From sequence record OZ209023.1: 64,000 nt of DNA; one strand, 5' to 3'. The notes beneath the pieces were generated by a model. That model worked only from the letters and a program-made list of their open reading frames with translations, made no database searches and was not told the DNA's origin. Positions 30,893 through 41,036 of this stretch are shown piece after piece. Numbering within the stretch: the first letter of the stretch is position 1; the number at the start of each line of letters is the position of its first letter. The translations under genes were made by a program, and so were the position numbers. The DNA comes from Escherichia phage T4.

Positions 30893-31852
30893 TCACTTCC
30901 ACTGCATTTCGCATGCTAATTGAATGAAAAGATAAGCTAAATGCAATTCAGTATTAGCTGCAATACCATGATACTGATTATTTTCGCCGACAATTTCGTA
31001 CATACGAATAATACTTTGTGGAGTTACACGTGAATAGATTTCTTCGGCAAGTTTACCCACGAACCACGAATAATCAGCCGCATATTTTGGTGCTAAAGCT
31101 CTGAGTTGTTTAACATCTTTATTTTTGAGAGACTCAAGAACATCATCAATAGCACCACGATCGTTAGTAACCAGTGATAAAATACCAGCATCCAAAACAC
31201 CTTTAGACGAATAACTATCGAGCTCGCCAATAGTTTTACGAAAATCAGGAAAATTCTTTTTAACCAAAGCTGCTACAACTTTCATATCAGCTATAGCAAT
31301 TCCTTCATGCTTGCAGATTTCAGTCAATCGACGAATCATCTGCTTCATCATTTCAATTTTATCTTCATCAGTTGGTTGACCGAATGTAATAACTCGGCAG
31401 CGTGACTGAAGCGGTTTAATAATACCATCAATATTATTAGCAGTAATAATAATACTACAGTTTGAACTATAAGCTTCCATAAAGGAACGAAGATGTCGCT
31501 GAGACTCTGCTAACCCTGAACGGTCAAATTCATCAATAACGATTACTTTTTGACGACCATCAAATGAAGCGGCGCTGGCAAAATTAGTCAAAGGACCACG
31601 AACGAAATCAATTTTACAATCTGACCCATTCACAAACATCATATCAGCATTTACATCATGACATAATGCTTTTGCTACAGTTGTTTTACCTGTTCCTGGA
31701 GAAGGAGAATGAAGAATAATATGTGGAATCTTACCTTTACTTGTAATAGATTTAAAGGTTTCTTTATCAAAGGCGGGAAGAATACATTCATCGATAGTAA
31801 ATGGACGATATTTCTGTTCAAGAATGTGTTCTTTTTCATTTACAGTAATCAT
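30893..31852 (-). CDS. 44: clamp loader ATPase gp44 (AAA+)
   Basis: 319 aa from [17 protein letters not shown]; Walker [14 protein letters not shown] Walker B. Confidence 0.9.
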   Translation of the reverse strand: MITVNEKEHILEQKYRPFTIDECILPAFDKETFKSITSKGKIPHIILHSPSPGTGKTTVAKALCHDVNADMMFVNGSDCKIDFVRGPLTNFASAASFDGRQKVIVIDEFDRSGLAESQRHLRSFMEAYSSNCSIIITANNIDGIIKPLQSRCRVITFGQPTDEDKIEMMKQMIRRLTEICKHEGIAIADMKVVAALVKKNFPDFRKTIGELDSYSSKGVLDAGILSLVTNDRGAIDDVLESLKNKDVKQLRALAPKYAADYSWFVGKLAEEIYSRVTPQSIIRMYEIVGENNQYHGIAANTELHLAYLFIQLACEMQWK

Positions 31853-31886
31853 AATTTCCTCATTCAAGTTTTAGTGTAAATTATAA

Positions 31887-31900
31887 AGGGCCGAAGCCCT
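31887..31900 (-). terminator. intercistronic UUCG-loop hairpin
   Basis: plus agggc-cgaa-gccct between genes 45 and 44. Confidence 0.4.
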
Positions 31901-31903
31901 CTA

Positions 31904-32590
31904 TTAAAAATCGTGGGTAGAATCAGCTTCAAGAGCTACCACATAATTCGCGTGTTCACCTTCAAATTTAGCAGCACCTTGTTTACCTTTTGCCCAAAGC
32001 AGAAGTTTATAATTTCCTGGTTGCATTTTCATATTTGCCATATTGATAATGAAATTAAATGTATTTTCACCATCATAATCACCAAGAGTCAAAGAATATT
32101 TAACACGGGTCAGAGCAGAATCTTCTACTTTATTAAAACCGTTAATTACGATTTTACCTTCTTTTACCGTGATAGCAATTGTATCAATTTGCAGACCACG
32201 AGATACACGCAACAGCTGTTGAAGGTCTTCAGCTTTAATTTCAGTAACAGCAGATGCTACCGGGAATGGAATTGGTTTATTAGGAGCAACTACTGTACTC
32301 GGATCGGCTGCTGGCCAAAAAATTGTTGAGCGGGCATCAGCAATTTTAATATTTCCATCTTCTGACTGGGAAATTTCTGCATCATCATTAACTAAAGACA
32401 GAATACCGAGAAAACCGTTCAAATCGTAAATTGCTACATCAAAATCAATAACGTCAGAAATATTTGCTTCCGCATAAGTTGTACCATTAACTGCGCGAGT
32501 CATAATAAATTGACCGGATTTAAGCATAATACCAGAGTTAATAGTAGCGAAATTTTTAAGCAGAGCAGTAGTATCTTTAGACAGTTTCAT
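31904..32590 (-). CDS. 45: sliding clamp gp45
   Basis: 228-aa ORF; recognised sequence. Confidence 0.9.
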   Translation of the reverse strand: MKLSKDTTALLKNFATINSGIMLKSGQFIMTRAVNGTTYAEANISDVIDFDVAIYDLNGFLGILSLVNDDAEISQSEDGNIKIADARSTIFWPAADPSTVVAPNKPIPFPVASAVTEIKAEDLQQLLRVSRGLQIDTIAITVKEGKIVINGFNKVEDSALTRVKYSLTLGDYDGENTFNFIINMANMKMQPGNYKLLLWAKGKQGAAKFEGEHANYVVALEADSTHDF

Positions 32591-32645
32591 GTAATTTCCT
32601 TCAATTCAAATGAGATTTAATTTTATAACTAATTTAATAAAGCAA

Positions 32646-33035
32646 TTAACGATTAAAATCAGCCGCAATTGTTTCCGCAACAATTTGAGCAGCAACAATT
32701 AGACGTTCATCTGCATTACCGCAATAATCATCTTCAAGGCGTTCACCACATGAAGTCATAATAAATTTAGCACCGGCGTTTAGGGATTCTGTAGTATGTT
32801 TGCGCATTAGTTCAATCCATTTATTACTTACTTCACGATCGATAGCTTCATAATACGCATGACGAGCAGGTGCAGATTTAATTTTGTTCTGAATAACTTC
32901 CATTGCGTTATCAGAAAGAGACAAAACCCATGCTCGACGAATTTTATTTTGGTTTTGTGGATTTGATTCAGAACGCACGTGTTTTGGCTGAATATCTTTT
33001 ACATCAACAGTATAATTCACAGTAATTTTAGTCAT
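32646..33035 (-). CDS. rpbA: RNA polymerase binding protein RpbA
   Basis: 129-aa ORF directly upstream of gene 45. Confidence 0.65.
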
Positions 33036-33044
33036 AATACACCT

Positions 33045-33233
33045 TTAGTCATAATAATCAGTAACAGTCCAAGCTTCATTTCTATTGGACATTATTTTTG
33101 TATATTCTGCTTTAAATGCATTCCTAAGCATAGATTCAGTAACTATATGCTCTTCATTAGAAAAATTATTTCTCAGAATATATCGTTTTATTTCAGGAAT
33201 AGTTAATAGATGCTGTCCAGTTGAATATTCCAT
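33045..33233 (-). CDS. hypothetical small protein
   Basis: 62-aa ORF. Confidence 0.45.
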   Translation of the reverse strand: MEYSTGQHLLTIPEIKRYILRNNFSNEEHIVTESMLRNAFKAEYTKIMSNRNEAWTVTDYYD

Positions 33234-33288
33234 GTTTTTCCTCCATAGAGATTATACTCTAATAAATTAAAGCATAATCTCTTATAAA

Positions 33289-34971
33289 TTAAACCATTAC
33301 AGTAAATCGACCAACTTTCTTCATTTGAAGATGCTGACCATATTCTTGCGGGTCATGGTCTTTATGCGAAATTATAAAAACGTTAGTGTTTTTCATTGAA
33401 TTTATAATATTAGCTACACCTTTAATACCTTCGGCATCAAATGACCCATCAAACACTTCATCAAGAATTAATGTACTAATACTAACACCAGATACGATAG
33501 AAGCAATATCACGCCAAGTAAATAAAAGAGCAATATCGATTCGTGCCTTTTCACCTTCACTAAATGAAGCATAACTAAAATCTTCACGACCACGGGATTT
33601 AATTGTCTCATTAAATTCTTCATCTAATGTAAACACATAATCCGCTTCCATTATTTTAAGATAATGGTTAATCTGCTTATTAAATAATGGAATGTACTTT
33701 TTAATAATAGCACCTTTAATACCAGAATCTTTGAGCATATCAGTCAAAATTCCTCGGTGGTATTTTTCCATTACTAAATTAGTTTTTGTCTTAACAATTT
33801 TATCAAGTTCTTCTTGAAGCAGTGCTATTTCATCAGCATGGTCAATAAACTCAGAAGATGCTTTTTCTATAGCCGCTTTAACTTTTTTAGCTTTATCTAC
33901 TGCTGCGATCAGAGATTGCTTTTTATTGCGAATATCATTTGCCAACGACTGCTGGGTTTTAATATTATCTCGGTATTCATCAACAAGAACTTTTAAATTA
34001 TCACGATGTGTTGAAAGCTGTTCAAACGAATGTGTGCATTCAGAAACTTTATCTTTAATTTTAGAAACAACTTTATCACCGGAACTCAATTGTGACAAAC
34101 AGGTTGGACATAATCCACCTTCGTGATACATATTAATGACTTTATTATACGAGTCAATTTTTGATTTAATTAAAAATGCTTCTTGACCGATTTTATTAAA
34201 TGCATCAGTCGGGTCTTCGTCCAAAACAATATTAACTAATCTTTCGTTAGCTTCTTCTATTTCCGATTTTAGCGTTCTAGCTTCTTTTGCCAAATCATCA
34301 TACATATTTTGTAGACGAGTAAGGTTGTCACCCGTTAATTTTTTCTGGCGTTCAACATTATCATTATATATTTTAATTTGTTGGATAATACTATCTTTTT
34401 TAACATCAAGCACTTGGTTCTGCGAATTTAATTCACGTATTAGTGCTTTATTAAGCTTATCCATTTCAGCTAATGTTCCTACCTCAAGCAGGTCTTCCAC
34501 AAGCTTTCTTCGCGCAGGGGTCGACAAACCCATGAAAGGGGTATACCCTGCTGTACCAAGGACAACAATCTGCTTGAAACTGGCATATGACATTCCGATA
34601 AGCTGTTCAAATTCTGCTTGGAAATCTTTACTGCTGGCAGATTCATTAAGACGTGTACCGTTAACGGTGATTTCGAAAACGTTTGGTTTTTGTCCTCTTT
34701 TGATATAGTACTTTTTCTCATCATATTCCATCCACAGTTCAACTAAAAGTTCTTTCTTATTTGTGCTGTTTATTAATTGACCTTTCTTTACATCGCGAAA
34801 TGGCTTACCAAAAAGCCCAAATGTGATGGCTTCTAGCATAGTAGACTTACCACCGCCATTTCGTCCAGTAATAAGAGTTTTTTGAACCTTATCTAATTGA
34901 ATGTCAATCCCATTTTGACCAACTGACATTATATTTTTATATTTTACTCTATTAAGTTTAAAATTCTTCAC
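33289..34971 (-). CDS. 46: recombination nuclease subunit gp46 (Rad50/SbcC-like ATPase)
   Basis: 560-aa ORF; Walker A GRNGGGKST, coiled-coil middle, CPTC zinc hook, signature/Walker B at C-terminus. Confidence 0.9.
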   Translation of the reverse strand: MKNFKLNRVKYKNIMSVGQNGIDIQLDKVQKTLITGRNGGGKSTMLEAITFGLFGKPFRDVKKGQLINSTNKKELLVELWMEYDEKKYYIKRGQKPNVFEITVNGTRLNESASSKDFQAEFEQLIGMSYASFKQIVVLGTAGYTPFMGLSTPARRKLVEDLLEVGTLAEMDKLNKALIRELNSQNQVLDVKKDSIIQQIKIYNDNVERQKKLTGDNLTRLQNMYDDLAKEARTLKSEIEEANERLVNIVLDEDPTDAFNKIGQEAFLIKSKIDSYNKVINMYHEGGLCPTCLSQLSSGDKVVSKIKDKVSECTHSFEQLSTHRDNLKVLVDEYRDNIKTQQSLANDIRNKKQSLIAAVDKAKKVKAAIEKASSEFIDHADEIALLQEELDKIVKTKTNLVMEKYHRGILTDMLKDSGIKGAIIKKYIPLFNKQINHYLKIMEADYVFTLDEEFNETIKSRGREDFSYASFSEGEKARIDIALLFTWRDIASIVSGVSISTLILDEVFDGSFDAEGIKGVANIINSMKNTNVFIISHKDHDPQEYGQHLQMKKVGRFTVMV

Positions 34972-35231
34972 AAAAGATTCCTTTTAATGTATCTTTTAGA
35001 CCATTCTATCATATCATCATAATCTAAAAAGTATTCATCAAATTCAGCCATGCAAACAACGCCTTGTGCTGTTTTTGATGTGATATAAATTATTCCAACA
35101 TATCTAGAATCTTCTTCGGTATAATCAATATTTGCTATGAATTCATCATTAATGTCAAATGTCGAAAACTTCACAGTATGCATCCTTAATACAAGATACA
35201 GCCATATCTCGTAATGATTTAGGTGTGTCAT
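34968..35231 (-). CDS. hypothetical small protein
   Basis: 87-aa ORF. Confidence 0.45.
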   Translation of the reverse strand: MTHLNHYEIWLYLVLRMHTVKFSTFDINDEFIANIDYTEEDSRYVGIIYITSKTAQGVVCMAEFDEYFLDYDDMIEWSKRYIKRNLL

Positions 35232-35418
35232 TATCTAAAATGTTGAAGTTAAAAGATACAGCCCAGTCAGTGCAGACAGTAACCTTTTTAATACAATTAT
35301 CTTCAACCTCTAACGGTTCAAACCAGTATTCAATAATTTCTTTATGACCAATATCATCTTTTACTTCACATTTAAAATGCTGACTCATCATAACATTTTT
35401 AAATTCATCAAAAGTCAT
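35155..35418 (-). CDS. hypothetical small protein
   Basis: 87-aa ORF. Confidence 0.45.
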   Translation of the reverse strand: MTFDEFKNVMMSQHFKCEVKDDIGHKEIIEYWFEPLEVEDNCIKKVTVCTDWAVSFNFNILDNDTPKSLRDMAVSCIKDAYCEVFDI

Positions 35419-36434
35419 TGTGTTGCCTCTACATATAGCTGATTTGCATATTGAATAAGTGCTTCACGGTCAGAATCAGTGATGTCTGGAATTGCATTAA
35501 TATACTCTTCCATTAATGTCTGAAGCGATTGAACTTCAACTTCTTCACTGTCATCTGACTCGACAGAGTTATCAATCTTTGACACAACTCGTAATGAATG
35601 CACAACTTTTTCTAGTTCAGATTCGAACTTCGTCAGATTTTTGTCTACTTCAGTTACTATAACACGTACTGATAGATTTGTAAAATCTTTATAGTCAATT
35701 TTTCCTTTAAATGGATAATGAATTCTACGATGCCAGGTAGTATTGTTTGGAATAAATTCCGTTCGTTCTGTTTCTGTATCAAACATCCAGAACCCACGAG
35801 GGTCATTCTCGTCACCTGCGGTTAGTGTCCATGGTGTCCCAATATATCTGACGTTTGCAGCCTCAGAAATAGTATGGAAGTGACCAGACCACACTTCTTT
35901 ATAAGTCTTAAGGAAATCGGGTTCAAGACCATGAGATTTCATTCCTTTATAAAAATAAAATCCATTCAGTTCCCAGTGACCAACACAAAAAGAAGCAGAT
36001 GAAGTTTTGATATGCTCAAGAATTTCACCAGTATTTTCTTCGCACATCCAAGGAATCAAATCAATCAAACACCCGTCAAAATCTACTGTAGTAGGCTTAT
36101 CATACACTTTAACATTAGGATATTTAGCCAAAAGCTCAGTAGAAGCATTTGGATGCATTACATTTTTATAGTGGAGATCGTGATTTCCTACAATAGTGTG
36201 TAATGTAATTCCAGCATCATCAAGCGTTTGAACTATTTCACGGGCAAACTCCATAGTTTTATGTGTGATCGCTTTTCGCACATCAAAAATATCACCGTAT
36301 TGAATCCAGGTAGTAATTCCATTTTTCTTAGAATATTCTATCGCTTGCTTAATTCCATCAATTTGAATACCGCGAATCCACTCATCATCAGCTTTAACGC
36401 CTAAATGCCAATCACCTAAATTTAAAATTTTCAT
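35415..36434 (-). CDS. 47: recombination nuclease subunit gp47 (Mre11/SbcD-like phosphoesterase)
   Basis: 339-aa ORF; calcineurin-like motifs (LGDWH, GNHD, GHWE). Confidence 0.9.
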   Translation of the reverse strand: MKILNLGDWHLGVKADDEWIRGIQIDGIKQAIEYSKKNGITTWIQYGDIFDVRKAITHKTMEFAREIVQTLDDAGITLHTIVGNHDLHYKNVMHPNASTELLAKYPNVKVYDKPTTVDFDGCLIDLIPWMCEENTGEILEHIKTSSASFCVGHWELNGFYFYKGMKSHGLEPDFLKTYKEVWSGHFHTISEAANVRYIGTPWTLTAGDENDPRGFWMFDTETERTEFIPNNTTWHRRIHYPFKGKIDYKDFTNLSVRVIVTEVDKNLTKFESELEKVVHSLRVVSKIDNSVESDDSEEVEVQSLQTLMEEYINAIPDITDSDREALIQYANQLYVEATQ

Positions 36435-36571
36435 ATATCAAGAACCGTCATTGAAATGCAAAATAAAATTATTGAAATAAATCCATCTGGAGTGCTAAAG
36501 AACCCAATCCAACATGCTCTAGTGAATAGATAAAATGCAAGAAAAAGTATCACATATCCAAGAAATATCAT
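36431..36571 (-). CDS. small hydrophobic protein translationally coupled to gene 47
   Basis: 46-aa ORF MIFLGYVILFLAFYLF...; GGAG SD; its TGA stop overlaps the gene 47 ATG (ATGA). Confidence 0.45.
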   Translation of the reverse strand: MIFLGYVILFLAFYLFTRACWIGFFSTPDGFISIILFCISMTVLDI

Positions 36572-36594
36572 TATATCAAACTCCGTATAAAGCT

Positions 36595-36612
36595 AAAGGG
36601 CCGAAGCCCTTT
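36595..36612 (-). terminator. UUCG-loop hairpin overlapping stop of the alpha-gt remnant
   Basis: plus aaagggc-cgaa-gcccttt. Confidence 0.4.
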
Positions 36613-36748
36613 ATTTTGTAATAATGTCAAACTGTTCTTTAAAGCAGAAGCTTGAATCTTGATGCTGATACAAAAATTCATATGCTTTTTCTCGCTCACG
36701 GTCATAAAGAGCTCGGTCAGCTCGAGCCATAAAAATGCAAATACGCAT
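36611..36748 (-). pseudogene. agt: remnant of DNA alpha-glucosyltransferase gene: 45-codon in-frame fusion of extreme N- and C-terminal codons
   Basis: ORF MRICIFMAR-A-DRALYDREREKAYEFLYQHQDSSFCFKEQFDIITK with SD; T4 alpha-GT is about 400 aa and lies between 47 and 55; about 1.07 kb of coding sequence is absent. Confidence 0.65.
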
Positions 36749-36806
36749 AGTTTTCCTCTTTTCATTTAATAAATCATGTAAATAATATTTTATTTTCTAT
36801 AAAACG

Positions 36807-37601
36807 CTACGAATAGGCCCAAACATATCCATAAGCAATTTTGCTTTTTCCAGATATGCACTTTTTAATATTAGACATGCATCCTTTAACGGATACAGCT
36901 GCGTCTTTAATTCTAGGAAATACTCGTAATAATTTTCCAGTAGTATCATATTGAAATACTGGCACATTTCTTTTCTGAGTTATCCCACGTTTAGATTTAG
37001 ACATTTTTTGTTTAGTTGCATTAGACATCCTAGAGGGCTTTCCTATGTTATCAGAATAATAATATTTCCATTGAAATCCTCCAGCGGTTTTCCTTTTACC
37101 ATCTACACATTGTTTAATTGAAGTTGAACAGCTATATGACATATCTTCTGCAGCATCTGTAATACATCTATATTTGCGAATAAAATTTCCATTTAAATCA
37201 TATTGATAAATTGGTTTTCCAGCATTTCGTCTAGCGTTAGACATGTATTTTTTATTATCATCATCTTTCCAGAACTCTTTCATGCTTTCCGATATTGAAG
37301 AAGATACAGCTGTTTTAATCCATCCATACATTTTATTATTTAGTCTTGTTCCGTCAGAACTATAACACATCATACGAATAGCTAAAGCCAATTTAGGAAG
37401 TCTATAAATTTTAAATAATAATAAATGCGCGGTAAAATGTTCTTCTGGTGTCAAAAGAACTAAATTAGTTTTATCATCTGTACCACCCATACATCTAGGA
37501 ATTATATGATGTGTTTCAGTATAGTATGTCAAAAGACTTTTATCATTGTCTCTGTTTAGTCCTTTTTCGATCAGTAAATTATATATGTTTAAATAATTCA
37601 T
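36807..37601 (-). CDS. mobB: freestanding HNH homing endonuclease (MobB-like)
   Basis: 264-aa ORF; N-terminus MNYLNIY, HHIIPRCMGGTDDKTNLVLLTPEEHF HNH motif. Confidence 0.6.
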   Translation of the reverse strand: MNYLNIYNLLIEKGLNRDNDKSLLTYYTETHHIIPRCMGGTDDKTNLVLLTPEEHFTAHLLLFKIYRLPKLALAIRMMCYSSDGTRLNNKMYGWIKTAVSSSISESMKEFWKDDDNKKYMSNARRNAGKPIYQYDLNGNFIRKYRCITDAAEDMSYSCSTSIKQCVDGKRKTAGGFQWKYYYSDNIGKPSRMSNATKQKMSKSKRGITQKRNVPVFQYDTTGKLLRVFPRIKDAAVSVKGCMSNIKKCISGKSKIAYGYVWAYS

Positions 37602-37652
37602 TTTAGTTTATTTTACCAAAAAATTTATAAAGCAATATAAGAGCCGAAGCTC

Positions 37653-37844
37653 CTATCCACATAATACGCCATACAGAGGCTCGTTAGAACTTTTAAATTT
37701 TATGCGCTTATATGTTATAGTTCCTTCTGCTTTAGCTTTATCATGAGCCTCTTTAAAGCGTCTCATCATTTCCTCTCTAGAGGAACGAATTTTATTATAA
37801 TCTATTTCAGAAGTCGGATGTTCATCTTTCACAGTTGCCACCAT
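37653..37844 (-). CDS. hypothetical small protein
   Basis: 63-aa ORF. Confidence 0.4.
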   Translation of the reverse strand: MVATVKDEHPTSEIDYNKIRSSREEMMRRFKEAHDKAKAEGTITYKRIKFKSSNEPLYGVLCG

Positions 37845-38035
37845 TTTTTGACTTGATAAGAATCAACCCACACTTTCATATTAGGGTCTGCTCTTACAAT
37901 AGGAGGATTAACTTCTTTGATTGAACTATCACGGTATTCTTTTTCAGAAATTTTCACGCAAAGATGACCATTCAAAGATTCAGTAAATCCTGCATTAATT
38001 TTAAGACGCTTGAATTTTACGTGTGTAAGCATCAA
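37829..38035 (-). CDS. hypothetical small protein
   Basis: 68-aa ORF. Confidence 0.4.
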   Translation of the reverse strand: MMLTHVKFKRLKINAGFTESLNGHLCVKISEKEYRDSSIKEVNPPIVRADPNMKVWVDSYQVKKWWQL

Positions 38036-38318
38036 TCATATCCTCAATCTGCGATCTAGTAGTCTTCCAAAGAATACTGATGAGTTCATCGTTATATGGC
38101 TGTTTTAGAATATCCCGACTTTTCTTGATAGCATATTCGTATTGAGCAAAATTATTATTTTCAGCTGCGATCTGAGCGTGCTTATAAAGACGATTCAGTT
38201 CGCGTTTGTTTTTAGACAATAACTTATTTGCTTTTCTTTCTGCTTCAAGACGGTTCTTTTCTTCAATAGAAGAAATAAGCTTTTCCACTTCATCATTAAT
38301 TTCGGGTTTATCAGTCAT
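38001..38318 (-). CDS. hypothetical protein
   Basis: 105-aa ORF. Confidence 0.45.
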   Translation of the reverse strand: MTDKPEINDEVEKLISSIEEKNRLEAERKANKLLSKNKRELNRLYKHAQIAAENNNFAQYEYAIKKSRDILKQPYNDELISILWKTTRSQIEDMIDAYTRKIQAS

Positions 38319-38319
38319 A

Positions 38320-38565
38320 TTATTTCTCTAATATAAAATAAAAATCATCATCTGTTAAATGATACCGATAGTTTAATTCTACACCATTAGATTTAAAAGC
38401 GGTATCATACGGATTTTCTGGATCAATATCAATGTCAAGAGCTAAAACTTCCCTGAGATACATTTTAAGTAAATAGGGAATAGCTTCAACTTCAGGTATT
38501 TCTTCCAAGAATCCGGAGAGGTTAATCGTTAGCCTCATATAAAAAATCCAAACTAGGAGAATCAT
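38320..38565 (-). CDS. hypothetical small protein
   Basis: 81-aa ORF. Confidence 0.45.
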
Positions 38566-39079
38566 CTACAACACTTTTCTTTTCAGCCCCCGGTGTTCTA
38601 TAGGTTGATTCTTCGTAATGCGTCATTTTATCATAGATGTCTTGAATAAAAGTTTCATCTACTAACGCAACCATATCGTCGTCACGGCTGTCATAGACAT
38701 TGTGAACGAAGTAACTATATTTCTTTGCAACTTCCTTACGTTCTTTTTTAATACGTTGGACGAATGCATTAAAACAAGCTTGAGTTATATACGCATGTGG
38801 GTTTTTATATTTCGTTTCATCAAAATTGTGAAGCCCCTTAATAGAAGCTTCTATACCATCTGCAATCATTTCTTGTTTCCAAGACTGGGTGTATCCTGAA
38901 AAGTTGAAACGTTTAGATAAGCCTTCTGCAATAAGCATAATGGCTAATCCGATAGTATCATTCTGACGAACTACTTTATTTGGGTCTTTATTATTTGCTA
39001 ATTCTGTTTTCCAATCAATAATAGCTTGTAAAAGCTCTTTATTGTTTACGTAATTATATTTAGGCTTAGTTTCTGACAT
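38522..39079 (-). CDS. 55: late transcription sigma factor gp55
   Basis: 185 aa from [24 protein letters not shown]; recognised sequence. Confidence 0.85.
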
Positions 39080-39161
39080 TTTCACCTCTTAGCTCAATTC
39101 ATAGATCTATTATATCATAATATTTGAAGACCTATCTTAAAGCATAGAGGATGAATCAATT

Positions 39162-39377
39162 TCAAGCATTCATCAGATTAGCCGCTCCAAGAGCTGCATC
39201 TAGTGAATCAAATTGGTCAACATATTCAATTAATTCGCCGTAATTAGCGTATAACCACCATTGGCTAAATTCATACTCAAGGATGAATCCATTTCCTTCA
39301 ATTTGAGTTAAACCAATGCCATTTGTATTTACTTCATACCCAGCGAGACGTAAATCGTTAATAAGAGCTTCGTTCAT
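39162..39377 (-). CDS. hypothetical small protein
   Basis: 71-aa ORF. Confidence 0.45.
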   Translation of the reverse strand: MNEALINDLRLAGYEVNTNGIGLTQIEGNGFILEYEFSQWWLYANYGELIEYVDQFDSLDAALGAANLMNA

Positions 39378-39379
39378 AA

Positions 39380-39706
39380 TTATACCTTAGTAATTTTCAG
39401 GTCTGCAAATTTTTTCTTGCGTTGATTTTTCATGCGACGAATAGTTTTATCGGAAATTTCATGCTTTTGATAAGCTTTAGATTCTACACCAAAAGCTTTA
39501 ACATCAAATTCTGACAAGATATATTGAACCAACAATTCACGGACAGTATTGCGTCCAATCTTCTGATCATTCTGTTTCATCGTCTGATGAAGCTCTTTTT
39601 CCCATTTATCCAAAATTTGAGGAGTTACAATATCGCCTTTTTCTAGCAAAGAAACTACTTTATCATATGCGTAAGAATTGATGGCGTTTTTAATTTGAAT
39701 AGTCAT
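39380..39706 (-). CDS. hypothetical protein
   Basis: 108-aa ORF. Confidence 0.45.
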   Translation of the reverse strand: MTIQIKNAINSYAYDKVVSLLEKGDIVTPQILDKWEKELHQTMKQNDQKIGRNTVRELLVQYILSEFDVKAFGVESKAYQKHEISDKTIRRMKNQRKKKFADLKITKV

Positions 39707-39758
39707 ACATTATCCTCAATTACGTTAAAATTTTATTATCCAAAAAGGGCCGAAGCCC

Positions 39759-39959
39759 TTAGCTAAACTTTTTGGCACCCTTCCAGCCTTCGTACATCAT
39801 TGCGACTGACAATGACAAAGCTCCTTCACATGCTGCATACTTATTATTCCAGAACCAATTTAGAAAAACTTCATCCTCAATACCGTTGTGTTTCATGTTC
39901 TGGAAAAATTTGGCGCGTTCTTCAGCAATTCGCTGCGATAATTTAGATTCAGGATTCAT
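39759..39959 (-). CDS. hypothetical small protein
   Basis: 66-aa ORF. Confidence 0.45.
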   Translation of the reverse strand: MNPESKLSQRIAEERAKFFQNMKHNGIEDEVFLNWFWNNKYAACEGALSLSVAMMYEGWKGAKKFS

Positions 39960-40175
39960 TTAAATTTCCCAATTGCCATTTTCATCAATAAATTTAATCC
40001 AGTCATTTACTGACCACTTGGTCGTATCGCCTTTTGGAGTAACATTTAAAGTGTATAGCCCTTGCTTAAAAAGCATGCGTTTGATATTCATATTTTCCTC
40101 AGCTGTAACGATAACACTCGTTTGATTTACGTTTAGCAACTCGTTGAGAAGTATTATAATCAAAATCATCATCAA
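39960..40175 (-). CDS. hypothetical small protein
   Basis: 71-aa ORF. Confidence 0.4.
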   Translation of the reverse strand: MMMILIIILLNELLNVNQTSVIVTAEENMNIKRMLFKQGLYTLNVTPKGDTTKWSVNDWIKFIDENGNWEI

Positions 40176-40437
40176 TGTAAACTGATTTTTTCAACTTTCT
40201 TACTTCACCGCGTAATTGACGATTTAACTCATCTTTAACTTCTGAATCAATACCTTTCATTCTACGCCATTTATCTGAGCGAAAAATGTTTTCAACCATA
40301 TCTTTATGACTTACCCCATCAGGAGCTTTACGCTTTCCGAAATAGTCATAATCACGCACTTTTAAGTCTTTACGACGATACGTTTTACCCATGGAGTTTA
40401 ATTTCCTTAGCAACTGAACTAAATACAGCACGATCAC
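40099..40437 (-). CDS. hypothetical basic protein
   Basis: 112-aa ORF, likely internal start. Confidence 0.4.
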   Translation of the reverse strand: MIVLYLVQLLRKLNSMGKTYRRKDLKVRDYDYFGKRKAPDGVSHKDMVENIFRSDKWRRMKGIDSEVKDELNRQLRGEVRKLKKSVYIDDDFDYNTSQRVAKRKSNECYRYS

Positions 40438-40567
40438 AAATCATACGTTTATGTAACTTGAGTATAAGATAGTAAACATCAAAACCATTTACATAAGTAA
40501 CACGAACAACATTACCATTCACGAGATAATACTGTCCCTTTTTAATCTCTTTATCAACCACAACCAT
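40385..40567 (-). CDS. hypothetical small protein
   Basis: 60-aa ORF with early-promoter-like element upstream (40598-40627). Confidence 0.4.
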   Translation of the reverse strand: MVVVDKEIKKGQYYLVNGNVVRVTYVNGFDVYYLILKLHKRMICDRAVFSSVAKEIKLHG

Positions 40568-40708
40568 ATCAATTCCTCAAAGGTAATTCATATGTTAATA
40601 ATACCACGGTTTGAACTTGTTGTAAACAACTTTGTGAAAAATATTTTAGGGAATGATAAGAAAGGAACGATAGCTTAGAATGGTAATATACAGAATGTGA
40701 GAAAGAAA

Positions 40709-40722
40709 GGCCCAGAGGGCCC
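40709..40722 (-). terminator. hairpin downstream of nrdH
   Basis: plus ggccc-agag-gggcc. Confidence 0.35.
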
Positions 40723-40725
40723 GTC

Positions 40726-41034
40726 TTAATCTTCTATGATATCTCTATCATATCCAAGTGAAATGAGAGTTTCTTTGAAGTGTTTAATGTTCTTTTGTCT
40801 AGAATCATTAATGAAAATGACTGGATAACGAATGTTAAGAGATGTGAATCCAGCGCGTTTAGCAAGAGATACAATCAGCGGACGATCATACTCAATCTTA
40901 CCATTATTTGTAAGAACTTTATAGAAAGTAAAAGGAGCATTGAGCTCCTTTAGAAGTTTTGTAACTGATTGACATCCAGGACAACGACCTACTTCATCTG
41001 GAATTCCATAGACTTCAATCTTATTTTGTTTCAC
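40726..41034 (-). CDS. nrdH: glutaredoxin-like protein NrdH
   Basis: 102-aa ORF with CPGC redox motif. Confidence 0.75.
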   Translation of the reverse strand: MKQNKIEVYGIPDEVGRCPGCQSVTKLLKELNAPFTFYKVLTNNGKIEYDRPLIVSLAKRAGFTSLNIRYPVIFINDSRQKNIKHFKETLISLGYDRDIIED

Positions 41035-41036
41035 AA

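Noticed and set aside
31913-32329. 138-aa plus-strand ORF antisense to gene 45, and similar plus-strand ORFs antisense to genes 39, 41, 46, rIIA and dda
   Set aside because: No SD or promoter context, low-complexity composition, and each is fully contained within a confidently identified minus-strand gene.
36571-36765. 64-aa minus-strand ORF listed in the ORF track between gene 47 and the HNH gene
   Set aside because: It is an alternative frame across the alpha-gt remnant; the 45-codon frame beginning MRICIFMAR has the SD and the recognisable alpha-GT termini, so the 64-aa frame is likely spurious.
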